Counted from the whole stretch's first letter, positions 26,910 to 40,869 are shown. The stretch is DNA of 63,986 nucleotides, filler included, from Choristocarpus tenellus KU-1152 (GCA_964200185.2; 4 parts of 4 records of this genome joined end to end with filler, not necessarily neighbours in it); one strand, 5' to 3'. Program-made: numbers and translations. Notes: generated by a model from the letters alone, not told the origin.

Positions 26910-28838
26910 ATGATGTTGGGTAGTTATAACGTGGTTGTTTGGAGCGGTTTACAGCATTGTTGCTGGAGATGTCTTTGTGCTTGATTAGAGGTACATTATG
27001 CATGGTACATGGTATATGTGTTGAATATCTCTTGGCAAAGTAAGCAGGACATCCAAGAAGATGGATGGTCTTCCTGCTTTTAGGGTACATAGGACTTGTG
27101 CTATGTGCTAAAGATCAGTTGTACTATCTATCGTATCTGTGTGTTCCTTGAGTCCTTGCGTCATTAGTCTTGTTGTAAATTTTATTCAAATGTAACCTCT
27201 GCAAGAGTCCACCACTTCGCAAAAGTACAACCGTTTACTTCCAGAAAGAGATTCACCCCTTTGTCAATGAGATAGGGGAAGCAGAGGAGGAAGCCAGGAT
27301 AGCTTACATAAACAGTGTGTACATACACAGAGGTGGCACATCGCATGCATGCATTATATATGAAGCTCTAGTGCTGGTTCATCTCTGGTTATGCATACAA
27401 GTTCTCAGTGGGCTGTACCCTGTTCCAAATGATAAGCTGTTGTGGGTTAGACATTTGGTATTGACAGGCTCATCTGATATTCATTCTCCTCCTGACTTTT
27501 TTTGCTATGCCAGCATACATTTCACAAAAGTCAACCAGTTCAATATCCATTAAGGTCAGTGAACCAGGCCAGAGACAAATAAATACTCCGGGTATGCCAA
27601 GAGATATGGTGCACCATTAACTGCAAGTCTTGGACTTATCTTCATTTTTTGTGGTTGATTTAATTATATCAATCAACTGGAATATAGAGTAAGAGATGTC
27701 TCATCTCGTACTACAGTACTTTAGACCATAGTTGAAGACTACCTACTTAATCAACGCTTATCTTGTTGACTTGCACCAAACAGTACACCTTGCTGTTTAA
27801 CACTCTTGTACCCAGGTAAAACCCCTCTCTGACTCACTCCACTGCTGTTATTTTGGAAAGTGTTAGAAAATGACTGCACCTATCACGTCAGGAAGGGTGT
27901 GTGTATGTATGGTTGAGGAAGCCTAGACTCAAGCAATTATTAGGTAAATTGTACACACACAATACAGCTTTTTCATTGTTTCTGATTGCAGGTTTAATGG
28001 AATACATACTAATATTTTTTGACAGTGCCATGAGGGCGTTTGTAGTTGTATATAAAAGGTTCTCAGATTGTAGTGGTTGAAAACACTGTAAAAAAGCAAT
28101 ATATATATCATACACAACACAAACCGTCCATGTAGTTTGTGGTAAAAATATTTAAATACTCAAGTCCTGTCACATCATACTTCAAGTATCAGGCCAAACA
28201 CAATATTATGATGATTTGTAGCACATATCCAGTCTCTATACCCAAGTCACCAAAGGTATACTATCACACATTTTAAAAACAGCTATTTTTATGGCAGCAA
28301 AAATTCAAGAGTCCTTCATAAAAAAAGGAATGCTTAAATGATTCAAAAATAAGACAATCCCAACATCCATCCACCTGTTGCTGTTTCTTCTACAGCAAAA
28401 AAATATGAAAATATATTGAACATGCCATATCCACCCCAAACCCAGAAGTAGTACACTTCACTAAAATGAGAGGGCACTTAATGATCACATCAACACAAGC
28501 ATAACTCCTATACCGCCTATCACATTCAAATCATCTTTCCTATCTGTCCAATTCCGCAGGCCTGCTGGGCATGGATCCACCCATACCCTGCCAATGCCGA
28601 CCTCCAATGTAGAGGGAGGCACAATATGCATAAACATGACCTAGAAGAGGAGCGTGTTTAAACGCCTTCAACCCTAGCAAAACTGCATGACTGTATGACG
28701 ATCCTAATCATAGACCTTCAAGGGACCACCTCGGCCTGCTACAACGGTAATATAAATGCATACATCACACTCTAAGTAAGAGCTGTATCAAGCGCTGCAT
28801 CAACTGTAAGTACGAGAGCATGAACAACTCCCTAAAAG

Positions 28839-31611
28839 TCACATGCTTCCAAGATCAACTTTTGATCGGGAGGATCCTCCAGTGTGCGCCCCTCCCCCTG
28901 CCACTGACAACGATGTCACTCCCCCGGGGGCATCCCTGTGGGATCGGAATCCCCGTAGCACTGCCTCCTGGCGAGAGCGCTCATCATCAACCCCACCACG
29001 CAACACAGCAAGTGAAGAGGACCTGTGGCGCGAGCTCGCTTCCATATCCTGCAGCCTTGCTTGTTCCTCTGGTCGAATCTCCTGCAGAGGCAGCAGGAAC
29101 AGGAATTGATGTGGGTTGGATCGATTGGCAGGATCAGATGAAAATGTAGAACTAAAACTTGGACAGACCGCCCTTTTCTTATAAAGTGACTTAACTCATA
29201 AAACTGATTTCTCAAATGTTACATAGACACTCTATCTATTCTCTCTCTATATATATCTCTTATCTATCTCTTATCTATCTATCTTAGCACTTGCAGTTCC
29301 ACAAACGTCTTTGATGCCATGCTACCAACTGAGCTGCTGCATGGACAGGTCCCACCCCTTGAGGTTGCTTCTTCGCTAAAGCCAAATGTTAGAACATTAG
29401 TAAAACCCCTGAGCTACTGAGCCGATAGTGAACCGATCCTCTTCAGTAGACACAGGGGTTTACAGTAAACCATACTCCCTCACGTCTTTCCTCAAGTCCA
29501 GTCCGGACTGACTACATCTAACTAACCAAGGCCAACAAACTTCCTACTCACAATTTGCACCTTTTATTGGTTGTGTGCACCCTTGTCAACCCATGCACTG
29601 TATGTCATTGCACCAGTGAGTCACACACACCACTTCGCCCCCCCACACCTTTGAAGTCTTCTTGTTTAAATCCCGCAAGGTATTTATAACTATATTGCTT
29701 TTAGATGTAGAGTGTCATTTTAACAACAATATACCCGTTCCGAGCACCACCATACTCACCCAAGGTGAATATACCCCCCATCTATATATACTATGCAAAA
29801 CTCCTGAGTACGTAGTGTAACCAAACGCCAAACGACACAGATACAATTTTTTTTTTTACAGCAAAAAACAACATTTCCAGCAATTTAGTACAACCTCAGC
29901 AATAAAAAAGAAAAAAGCTATCGAATAGTATTAAAAAAATGTATAATGCTATTGCTAACAATTAAGGACCGATAGTGACAAAATTGCAACGGGAGCACTC
30001 CCCAGCACACTGCAAGTTTACGTGCTTGTAGATGGTCTAGGGTATGTCCTTTTCAGTACTCCATTCCATTCACAATCACAGTAGTACCAAATAAACCTCT
30101 ACCAATAATGGGGCGACCTAGCTCTCAGCAGTGACATGTCACACAGCTGCCCATGCAGAGGCAAAAACGACCATCTCTTCCCCCTCCCGTTGAATACTGT
30201 TGAAAATTACTGAAAATATAAGAGATGAGAAGGCTAGAAATGATATCCACTATTCGTTGTTATTGTTATCATTACTCCTGCTATTACTACTACCAATACC
30301 ATTCACTACTTACCATCTCCCACATCATGAAAACGCCTTCTTTTCTACAGGAGGGGAGGGACACGCAGCCCACTGACTCTTCAAGTTAATGAATCTTTGA
30401 AAGCAAAAGCATGAAAGTGCATCAGTCTGAAGTACAACTTCATCACCTGCCATATTCGCTCGAGGTAAGTAACAACCTCCTCCTCCATCTGTGCCTCTAG
30501 TTGCTGCAGCACATCTCCATCTGACGTAGTCCACCCTAACGCATCATCCTGGCAGGCAGTGCACAATACAGGTTCCAACACAAACAAGGTCAGGAGAGAG
30601 ATCACAACACAAATTACATCCCCATGCTCTTTGTACCAGTACACACACAAGGGGAACCAATCCCAGCAAGGGGAAAATCACAGTCCTAAAAAAAAAATAG
30701 TGTCATAAACATACAACAGGATGGATTTCATTTAAATAGTGAGGATCTTGAAGTAAGCAGTCAACTTAAGCACTACGGTGCTTACTTCTGCTGTTCCACC
30801 AGAAGCAACAAAGTGAACAAGGCAAGAACATACTGCACAAAGCAAGAGTTTGGACAGGGACACCCAGGTCTGCTATCCACTTTCACAGATAAATTAAATT
30901 AAATTAAATTAAATTAAATTCGCTTCAACTTGCCGAAGCAAGATCTTCAAGTGATGCCTCCAGGGATCGCTGTTCCTCAGCAACAGGTCCTGATGCACAC
31001 AGCAACTGGAACTCTGGCAAGCACCTTGAGTAGCAGGTTGATGGGACAACATAGCAACACTGACTGCCCAGAACCTCCTTCCTCAAAAGAAACAAGATAT
31101 CATCAGCAGAAAATGGGGGCATCCATCCACGCATTGAGTGAGGTGAAAGTACAGTATCAGTGGCACATTTTCACACAAGTGGTACGTGGTAGAGTCAAGG
31201 TTGAAGGGAAAGGACAAGGAAGGGGAGGGGGGGTGATGTACAAGTGGAAGAAGGGTAGCAAAATATTGGGCAAGGGTAAAGACCCAGTACTATAATGAAC
31301 AGTGTGTGGAACTGTCCATACAAAATATTCCGAAATCGGCTGCAACACCCTGAAGGTGAAAGGTAAAAGGTGGAAGGGAGGGCAGGCAAACCACTCCTCT
31401 TAAGGGGAAAGAAGGGATGGGATAATTGGAGGCGTGATTGGAGAGACCTCTCTCACCAAAGAGGCCTTCCAAGGACAACATAAAACCCACATGAGGAGGG
31501 TTGTGTACCAACATAACAACACCTGAGGCTCACCTCGTCAAACGACCCTTCTTCTGACGGCTGACGCAGAACAACCTGATCAAAAACAGAACATAAAACA
31601 CCAAAAAGATG

Positions 31612-31643
<32 letters not shown>

Positions 31644-33787
31644 GCGGCGGATTTTTGAGGAAAAAAAAGGAGTGGGGAGAAACCCCCTTCCGCCCCCNNN
31701 NNNNNNNNNNNNNNNNNNNNNNNNNNNNNNNNNNNNNNNNNTTAATTAATTAANNNNNNNNNNNNNNNNNNNNNNNNNNNNNNNNNNNNNNNNNNNNGGG
31801 GGGGGGAGGGGGGGGAATAGATGCCAGGTATCTAAGGCTACTCCTTGCAAAAAATTAGCAAAACGGAACAAGCACAGTAATTGACACCTTGAAATCAACT
31901 GAGAGCAAGATACAGTGGGCATACAGATTTAAAATAACAGGTGGGCTAGGGCACACGTGTGGCTCTTGAGTGTGGTTATGGACAAGGCAAAGTGAAGACA
32001 GCACCAGGGTTTGGGAAGGGGTTAGGTGGGACGGAGACGAGGGATTTCTCCTAGGATACACGTGTAAATAAACATATCTTGCTGTGGTCAACCCATCAGA
32101 CACGGAACTTCAGTGACAGATTGAATGTGCCGTAGGTTTTGGTGAGTAAAAATAGGGCGCAGTAGATGAGAGCAATGAGTTCGGAATTCGGGAAAGCTAC
32201 CATTGTGACTGAGTTTCACGCAATGTGTACTGTAAGAAAAATTGCCAACAAGAAGCAGACAAGACTCATGTCCTGCGGAGATGTTTTCTAAATTGAGTAG
32301 TCCTTAGTTTATTCAAGCAAGGTATGTGTTCCTAAGAGGTGGGAAATTGGAACTCACTACACAAGACCTGCCCTATCCTGTGTATTGTTTGGAACAAGCA
32401 TGGATCTTCTGTCAAACCAACAACCTGCTCACACTGACCCAAGCCATAACCACGACTTCATCCCAAGGCCTTTTGAAATAACCAGGTATCGTATGTACCG
32501 AGAAAATGCTGAGCCAATGCAACGTGTCCCCCAAAGCACCACATGCCCATCTGCACACCGTATGCAGTGTACGCAGGAACTCCCCCAGTTGAACTGTACA
32601 TTTTTCCTTACTCACCTCACCGTTCGATAGCCTCGCCGTGCACAAAGCACAAACCACCTGCACTGCTGAATCGGCAGTCGCTCCTTCCAGCTTCTCTTTT
32701 GCTGCCTTCGACATTGCAACACCTGTGGCCCTCCCATTCGCAACTTCGCCCCATCCCAGCCCTCTGCTCGCTTGCCTCCTTAGTACTGCACCAGCACCCC
32801 TAGTGACATGTCTGGCTTGCTCAAGGTCCCTTAGACTCTCCTCCAGCGCGACCAATGCCATCTCTCGTGCCTTAGGGAATTGGAGAGGGGAATGGTGATA
32901 CAAGATCGCAATCATGGTGTTGGTGGATCGGCCTTGGCAAAGGAGGGGGCTACGCGGGTATTGGCAGTTCGGTGAAAACGAAATTCTCTGTTCTCTTGAT
33001 TAGGACTAGTTTCCTTCCCCCCTTTTCTCCTTCTGTTCACCCGGGCCCGTGCATCGCTAGAGTCGTAGTCCAGTTCCTCCCTTCCTCTCTGTTCTATCAT
33101 GGAGTCATCCTCAACGCGGATGCGAGGCAAAGAAGCAGCATACGTGCAGATAGCTGCATTCGCCTTCACTATCGCCGACAAGACGGACTGGTTGTATAAA
33201 AGTGTTTCGTCTCCAGGTTTGATCGTTAGTAGCTGGGGATCTTGTCGCAACGCCTGTATTTGTTGCGTGCAAAGATTGGATATTGGAGGGTGTGTATGGG
33301 GAAGGGAATTTGTCGTAGAGGCAGGCTTACACAGGGGTAAAGTGTGCGGTTCGAGGATATTCGGACGCTTAATATCGCACATCGCCCGGTTGTCAAAGCA
33401 GACTTATTAAAGGCACACACAGTTTGTATCAGCTTCAAGAACAGATCCTTTCAGGCGTGCCACACCTTTGAAGACCAAAAACCTAACCGACGATATAATT
33501 CCTACCTCGAACCTAGCCAAAGTTCAGGATCCACTCCTCACCCACTAAATTTCTACCTACCCCTAGGTTCATTCAACCCTCAAGTTCACCACGTATATCC
33601 CTAATCACAGAGGTTCTACCTCTTTGCAAGCACGGAATCGACCCTGGAGGAATAGTCGCTCGGCTGTTGCCATCCACTGTGCCAAGGGGGAAGACATACC
33701 GGAGGCATCCAAACGCCTACTTTGGTTAAGTACATTGCTATGGTCATCCTCACGGGCGTAGCTCTGCTTCTGGAGTTCAGTCCCCAT
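28839..33787 (-). CDS. Hypothetical protein with an N-terminal TPR-like helix pair, 7 predicted exons
   Basis: Phase-0 exons 33787-33620, 33253-33041, 32870-32616, 31575-31534, 31005-30934 (GC donor), 30548-30447, 29081-28839. The model spans the contig linker at 31698-31797. Confidence 0.6.
30891..30920. repeat. (AAATT)6 microsatellite
   Basis: Six perfect pentamer units. Confidence 0.9.
31698..31797. other. Artificial contig linker (N-run with TTAATTAATTAA)
   Basis: Identical 100-nt block at three places; TTAATTAATTAA gives stops in all six frames. Confidence 0.95.
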
Positions 33788-34403
33788 AGCAATACATGCA
33801 CAACTCCCTTCAATAGGAGGTCAATAAATTTGGGATGTTTAAGATTTGAAAATTTGTAAATCTGTCAGAGAAGACTCAACTCATTGAAATTATATATGAA
33901 GTAATCTGAGTTTTGTAGGGGGAAGAAATCTGGTTGGCTGGGGGCACAGGACAAGGGAGGGTAGAGAAAAGAAAAGGAAGTAAGCAAGAAGGGAACAAAT
34001 AGTTAAGGAATGACTGGCTAAGAGAGGGGGTAGAAATGTTAAAAGAAATGAGTGGTAGGAAGAGGGATGGGGAAGAAATGATCAGTATCCGATAAGAGGG
34101 CTGAGAACCAGAGGGGTACAGGACAGGGAGGGCGAGAACAAGACAACCTCCGAGCAAGCTTTCCCGCCCACCCACCCTGTCACTTGCTCATGACCGACGG
34201 GAACACTGGGAAAGGGGGGGGAGGTCAAGTTTTGGCGGGGTAGATGTCTTCTAGCTCAAAGGCACGGTATGAAGTGGATCATGAAGGGATGTTCTTGGAT
34301 GATTGTGGGGTGGTGTTGAGTGGTGTGGGGTTGAGTGGAGTGGTAACTGCTGTGGGACTGAAGGGAGTGAGTAGTAGCTTGTGTGGGGTTGAAGGGTGGG
34401 GGT

Positions 34404-34566
34404 GGTGACTGGAAATCAGGAGCGAAGGGGGTTCGCACTGGTTGGTCATCAGATGGGGGGAGGGTGACCGGAAATCGGTGACGAAGGGGGTTTGCACTGG
34501 TTGGTCATCAGAGGTGGGAGGTGACTGGAAATCAGTGACGAAAGGGGTTCGCACTGGTTGGTCATT
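34404..34566. repeat. Minisatellite, 3 copies of a ~58-bp unit
   Basis: GGTGACTGGAAATCAGTGACGAAGGGGGTTCGCACTGGTTGGTCAT-like unit at 34404, 34463 and 34520. Confidence 0.9.
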
Positions 34567-35279
34567 ATTAGAGTTGCGGGGTAAATAGGAAACCAGTGAT
34601 GAGGTTACACTGGGTTGATCAGAAGAGGGGATACATGGGGAAGGAAAGGAATGGGGAAATGAGTGAATTGCAAACAAGGACCAAGATAATAATAATAATA
34701 ATCCAGAATTCGTGAGCAAAACAAATCAACTTTTTCAAAAAATAGGAAACATCTTTTATATGGGTGACATATTTCTTGTGAATTCTTGAAAATATCTACT
34801 AGTTCCCTCATCTTAAGGTAATATTTCGTAATACTTAATGTGCCGTTACTTAGTTGGGTATATTTTGACCTAAATAAGTTGAGTGGAGAAGTAGGAAGGG
34901 TATGGTAGTACGAAATTGTGTCAGAACTATAAAGATGCACTAAAAAGAGAAGAGGCATCTAAAGGAGAAGATAAGACTTCCGATGCAAATTCCGTGTCTG
35001 ATCTTACAACATTGTCCTTCCAACAACACTACTACTGTGTGTTATCTTTGACTGGGATACTGTCCTCCCAACCGTATGCCCTAACCGGGCAAATCTTGAT
35101 GGAGGTGATGACGCCAGTGGTGTATTACTCCTTGTGAACAAGACCAAGGAGGAGTCTAAAACTCTAAAAGGACGTCAGAGGGGTGAAATTGGTGTAAGCG
35201 AAATAGTAGAAGATGTAGGCTATCTAGTGAGAAGGACCAATCCCGTCAATGTCAATGCACGGTGTGAATGAGGTGAGGT

Positions 35280-35896
35280 TGCCACGAGCAATCATATCGG
35301 TAGGGTGGAAGGAGGGACTGCAGATACATGTTCCTGGAAGATGACCCAGTGTCGTGAGTCTGAAGTCTGGTCACCAAGGAAATGCTAGTTTGCACGCAAT
35401 ATTTCGCAGAACGTAAGACGGTAGATCAAGGACAAGGTGATGGAACTCGCAATTGCGAGTAACTGCCAACATTCGAATCCCCCCCCAGGTGGACTCATGT
35501 AACGAAGAGATGTGGCACAGATGTGTGGGTTCCACCAACAACCAAGTATCGTGGGGAACTTAGACATAGAGGTGCTTCTTTGTGTCAAACGAGACATGCC
35601 AAATCTCTATCCTATCCACTGTGTGTATGGGCTAATTCCAGGCAGGACACTCAAAACATTTTCGCCACAAGTGACTGCCTGTGCCTATCGAGGATGGTAT
35701 TTTCCGAATGTCTGTTGTTGTTCTGCAAATGGGCGCGCCACATTCCTCTACACAGATGTTAGGCTGTACAAGTACCACCTCATCCACTAGCACTCTTTGT
35801 ATTTGGTTTTGCCAACATCTCCCGCATTCTGTACGGGATGTCTTAAGACGCCAACAGCAGCGGAATGCGCATAGGGACGGCATCAAGTATGTCCTT
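35280..35896 (+). pseudogene. Possible decayed retroelement RT fragment (DIRS/Ngaro-like)
   Basis: Frame reads YFPNV..ATFLYT..PTSPAFC..AAECA with stops, loosely following the RT pattern FRNV..F.Y..SPGF..AAEHAH. A MITE abuts it at 35897. Confidence 0.3.
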
Positions 35897-36132
35897 GAGT
35901 CAAAGTAAAGGAGAGGTACCCAGGTTATGGTCGTTTTGCATTTCAGCCACTTTTTTTTTTATCTTTTGCAATTCGTCCTTGTTTCTGTGATTGAAGTGCC
36001 AACATTGACACAAGAGTGCTGATTTGTCTGTTAATAAAATTCCTGTTCGCATTTTCACAAAAAGTCGAATTTTGTACAAAATGTTCATCCTCCTTCAATT
36101 GTAACCTGGGTACCTCTCGTTTACTTTGACTC
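35897..36132. mobile_element. MITE subfamily C, 31-bp TIR, 3-bp TSD CTT
   Basis: gagtcaaagtaaaggagaggtacccaggtta ... taacctgggtacctctcgtttactttgactc (1 mismatch), with ctt on both flanks. Confidence 0.88.
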
Positions 36133-37149
36133 CTTGCGCGTACTGTTAGGTTTGTAAACAGTATGGTGCTTCCCTAGTTCTGGATGGAAGGGGTTATGGC
36201 AACCAGTGCAAGAGGGGGTCATGCATTAAAGGTACAATGACCATTCTTTGTTGAGAATGCATGGGCGGCATCCCAAAGTTTGTCACATCTGGTCTCATGT
36301 GATACTGATTACTTGATTTTGAAAATATGTTGAAGTTTTATATTTTGATGGGAAAATGGAGGTTTGTTGAAGTATAGGCTACTTTACTGATATATAGATA
36401 CAGTTCACTATCAATACCTCATGACGACCGCTCTGTTCCCTAGTAACATTCCCTTGGTGAGTGACTGTTGCACAGGTACGTACAAACCTGCTGTATGTGG
36501 ACCTGTACCGTATGTTCTCATTACCCACTGTTCACTCTCTATGTTCATTGTTACTCTTGTCCTTGGATTGATAGACTTTACCTGATATGCATACTCAGTA
36601 CATCACGACCTGCCTGACATACAGTTGATGTTGAGTCAAGACTTGAGACCTGTTTCTTCTTTTTATAGGTAGGCCTGTTGACCTGGTTCTTCCAGAGGGT
36701 GTCCAGAATTGCTGCCCTATCGCAAATTTGCGTTGGAGATATGGGCCCCAGTCACAAGACAACCATCACTACCTCCTGACTCCTATCCAGGTCTCGCCAC
36801 AGGTCCTACATGGCTCCCCCCTAGGTCCTTAGTCGGGCCATTATCAGTGACGTCAGAGGTGCCCCCCTGGTTGAGTAAGGTGACCCCCAACTGTCTTGTC
36901 TCTGGGAAGTGGGGATGATGGGGGTAGAAGCTGTAATTGTTCAGAGAGGGAGGGAGCAAAAAAAACATTATTTCCCGACCCAACAGCTGTGTCATCCTCT
37001 GTGCCTAGTCCACGTTTGCCACCTCCCTCCACCAAAGCCCCATCCTGAGCCCAGGAGACTGTCAATGTGTTCACCTACTCTGAGCCCATCACACCGTCGC
37101 TACTATAAAATGACATATTGTATACTGTAGCTCTCATCATAATGTAGAA

Positions 37150-40060
37150 GTTGCAATATGGGAACTGAAACCCATTTTTTCAGTTAAAAACATAACACCT
37201 CCTGGATTTGGCATATAGTTCTATCATGAAACTGGCAGAAAGATAAAGACCATGGAGTAGCATCTCAGGCCTGGATTCGATCTTAACAACACATGCAGCC
37301 AATACCTACAATTTAAACAGTGACAATATTAGGGCATAGGAAACTCAATAGCCTAACCTGCTGCCCACAGGTACCTAACACATCTCATAGATACAAAACC
37401 CCCTGGGTTGGTATTTTAGTCAAACTGGAAAATATGTATGGGTTACAGAGGAATGCCGCAAAAGTCTGTGTTTAACTACCAAAAGATGTATACCCAATAT
37501 CCCCCAAGCATAAAACAGTCATCAAGTGTCATTCTAGCCAAGAGGTATACACAGTTGCATAGCAAAGAACCCCGGAAGTGACCAAATACGTTTTTTTGTA
37601 CTCTGAGTATATTGTGAAAAGTCTGTTTGCTCGATTGTGGTCAATTTTCTTGTCAGTCTCTCTTCTGTCGTGACACGCTCGTTCTTAGGCACTTCTATTC
37701 CTGGGCACCAAAATATGAAAATAGGGTGTGCTGAACCTCGAGGGGTTAATGGCGGCACATAGTGCAAATGGTCAAAACGCGCACACCCCTCAGTTAGTAT
37801 TACTCAAATTCAGGACGGAAGACACCAGTGCCTGACCTGCAGCTGCTCGAAAATGCTCCACACATCCCATGGACACGGAGTCTCAAGGGTTTGGCACCAC
37901 ACTCAAACTGGACAGAAATTTTGGTCACAGAGTAACGTCTCATCAACCCTGGGTTCAATACCAACGAAATATGTCCAATGCCCCAAGTATATTTGTACGG
38001 TCGAAAGTCAAGAAATGGAACCCCAGTGCCCGAACCACCGCTCATAGGTACTTGCTAGATCCCATGGGCTCTGTGCTCATTGGGGTTGACGTTTTGTTAA
38101 ATGGGAGAGAATATATGGAGCACAGAGTAATCTCTCGAGTATGGATTCAATTGCTGTAAAACATACACCCAACATTCTAATACTGGAGCTCAAAAAGTTA
38201 TACCAGAGAACCATAACGTTTGACCTGCTGCCCACAGGTACTTGATGTATAGAAAGGATGGTACCTTCCGAGTCCGGCATTTGAATCAATTCAAGGAGAA
38301 AATACAGGTTAAAGAGGAGTATTTTCCATCTGTCTGGATCCCATTTCTACCACAATACACACTCCTGACACCTTGAACACAAATACTCATATTATCAGGA
38401 CAAGGAAACTGCAGATCATACTGAGTTAATGCGTTCAGTTGCACCTCCTGGGTTCGTCATCTCAATCAAACTGGAGAAGAAGATACAGGTAACATAGTAT
38501 CATTTCAGACTTGGACTCAGTAACAACGAAATAGGCACCCAATACTCCAAATATCAACGGTCAAAATATCGGGACAGGCAACCCTGCTGTCTGACCAATA
38601 GCTCAAACTTGCATGGTGTATGGCATGGACTGGTCCCTCTTGGTTTTCATATTATACTAAAACTAGAGAGTAACGCCTCATGCTTGATAGAGGGCATTGG
38701 TCCTAGAGTAACATGTCAAGAAGGTGTTTTTTTCCCCTTCAAAATATGCATCTAAATATCCAATCATACCACTACATAACTTTTGGCTAAAAGCTATGGG
38801 ACCCAATCCATATTCATATCAACTTCTGGATGTGGTATTTTAATCCACCTGTAGAGAAGATACTTGTCACAATACAGAATGGATCTCAAGCTTGAATTCT
38901 ACTGCCACACAAGATATACACCATCCTGAACAGAAACGGTCAGAAATTCAGGACGGGGAACACATTGAATGAATGACCAGCGACTCACAGGTACTTGATA
39001 CTCCAGAGTACTTACCATGGCCAGGATACCTCCCACATTTCGTACTTAAAATGTGAAATCGATCACAGGCAATTTCTTCAGGCTGAATTCATACGACACA
39101 AAATGCTAGGAAGAACTGAGTATACAATATATCCGATGAGCCAAACAAAAATGGTCACATAATCAGGACATGGAACCCCATTGCCTTACTTGTAACTCGG
39201 AGCTAAATGATACATTCATGAACACAACACCTTCTCTGTTTGGCTGGTAAACCAAACTGGAAAGAACATCCCTGTGACAGATAAATTCCCTCTCAAGCCT
39301 GGAATCGATTATTACAACAAAATTCACCCCCAATAACCCGAACATAAGCAGTCAGAAAACCAGGTCAACAAACTGCATAACCTGACCTGTAGCACAAAGG
39401 TACTCGATACATCCCACAGAGACAGCACCTTCTGGGTCTAGCAATCTACTCAGATAAAGAGAAGTGAGAGGCCACAGAACAAACACTACTACAGCTATGT
39501 TACTTTCCCCCCCCAAAAAAGGGAACACCTACTATGCCTGAACTAGGTGATTAGAACTCCAGGATAGGAAACTCTGTAGCTTCATCTGTATTTAAAAGTC
39601 ACTTGATACATACCACCACAAGGACTTTCTAATCAAACTGGAGGAAAGATATATACCAATAGCACAAATAACCTCTCATCAAGCCTGAATTCGATTACCA
39701 CTACATACACAAACTCCAATCATCAACCACCAGAAGTTCACAACAGGGAACACACACTGGTCACCTAGCCTGCGACTCACAGCTTTTTTTACATTCCACC
39801 AAAAAGTAATCTCCTCGGATGGTCATTTCCATCACACTTAAGAGACGGTATGAGTCTGAGAGTATAACTTCATCGAGCATGCTTTGTCTGACAACCACAA
39901 TATATGCATCCAATACCCCAAACATAAACGGAAAGGACTTCGGAAAAGGGAATATCACTGCCTCACCTACCACTCATAACTCCCTGACACATCCTATAAA
40001 CATGGCGTCTTCTGGGTTTGCCATTTTAATTCAAACAAGAGAGAAGGTCACAGAGTAGTC
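37150..40060. repeat. Highly degenerate tandem array, unit ~190 bp, roughly 15 copies
   Basis: Recurring motifs (TCAAACTGGA..., CACAGAGTAA, CCTGGATTC, GACCTGCTGCCCACAGGTAC) at about 37229, 37421, 37903, 38097, 38290, 38466, 38658, 39252, 39633, 39835 and 40030. Confidence 0.8.
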
Positions 40061-40651
40061 TCTTCCCGCCAAATGTGTCTTCCCAGGTTCCAGACCAACA
40101 CAACCTCTGGAACTAATCAACCGCGAGTTTCTGGCAGTCCTCGTGTGTAGTTAATTGTTGCTAAAGAACTTTCCAATCGCCGAAACAGGAAAGTCTGAGA
40201 ATGTGAAAAAGAGAACACATTATGGCAAGACCGTTCTCAGAATGGAGACAAAGTTGAAGTCCTGCTGATAAATGTTGCGTCATGGTGAGGGGCATACACA
40301 AAAAGTACACCCATCTCCAAGCAGTACACTACGTCCAGCAGCACTCACAATTACTAGGAGTGGTGGGGAATGAGGGAATTCAACACATATTGATGGGAGT
40401 GCATGTACACGTACAGACGAACAGCATTGATGTGTGATGGCACACAAATTATGATCACCTTGCTCCTCCTGCTAGTATCTCATACTCTACTCCAACACTC
40501 TCCCCAGAAAACAATGAGGAGAGAGATAGAGAGTTGAACCAATCCGTTTTGACTCACAGAGAAGCAGGACCTCAGAGAAATACAAAGTATACGGTAACCA
40601 AACACACTAGAAATTAAAATCCATGATACACTGCACGTTGTATTAAGGTTT

Positions 40652-40826
40652 GGTTCAAAGTATATCTGGGGGGTAGTGGTAACTGTCCATTGGGGCCCAT
40701 TTTGCCATGTCGCGATTTTGGGTGATTTGGTTGCATGTATCGGATGGATAATGTAAGTTCGCTTCTTGTCAGGGCCTGAATGGACACCCTCGTGTAGACT
40801 CCCCTCCCCCCCAGACACTTCAAGCC
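40652..40826. mobile_element. MITE subfamily B copy, 3-bp TSD TTT
   Basis: Interior clearly homologous to 12222-12525; degenerate TIRs ggttcaaagtatatctgggg / ccccagacacttcaagcc. Confidence 0.8.
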
Positions 40827-40869
40827 TTTATCTTACAGATAGAGGTCAAATGTGCTGCCAGGAACTTAC

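Noticed and set aside
31613-31697. Long poly-G tract and odd following sequence as a G-quadruplex element
   Set aside because: It sits at a contig end and resembles low-quality sequence after a homopolymer.
34404-34566. Repeat-spacer appearance (CRISPR-like)
   Set aside because: Spacers are only a few G-rich bases, there are three units, the context is eukaryotic and no cas genes are present.
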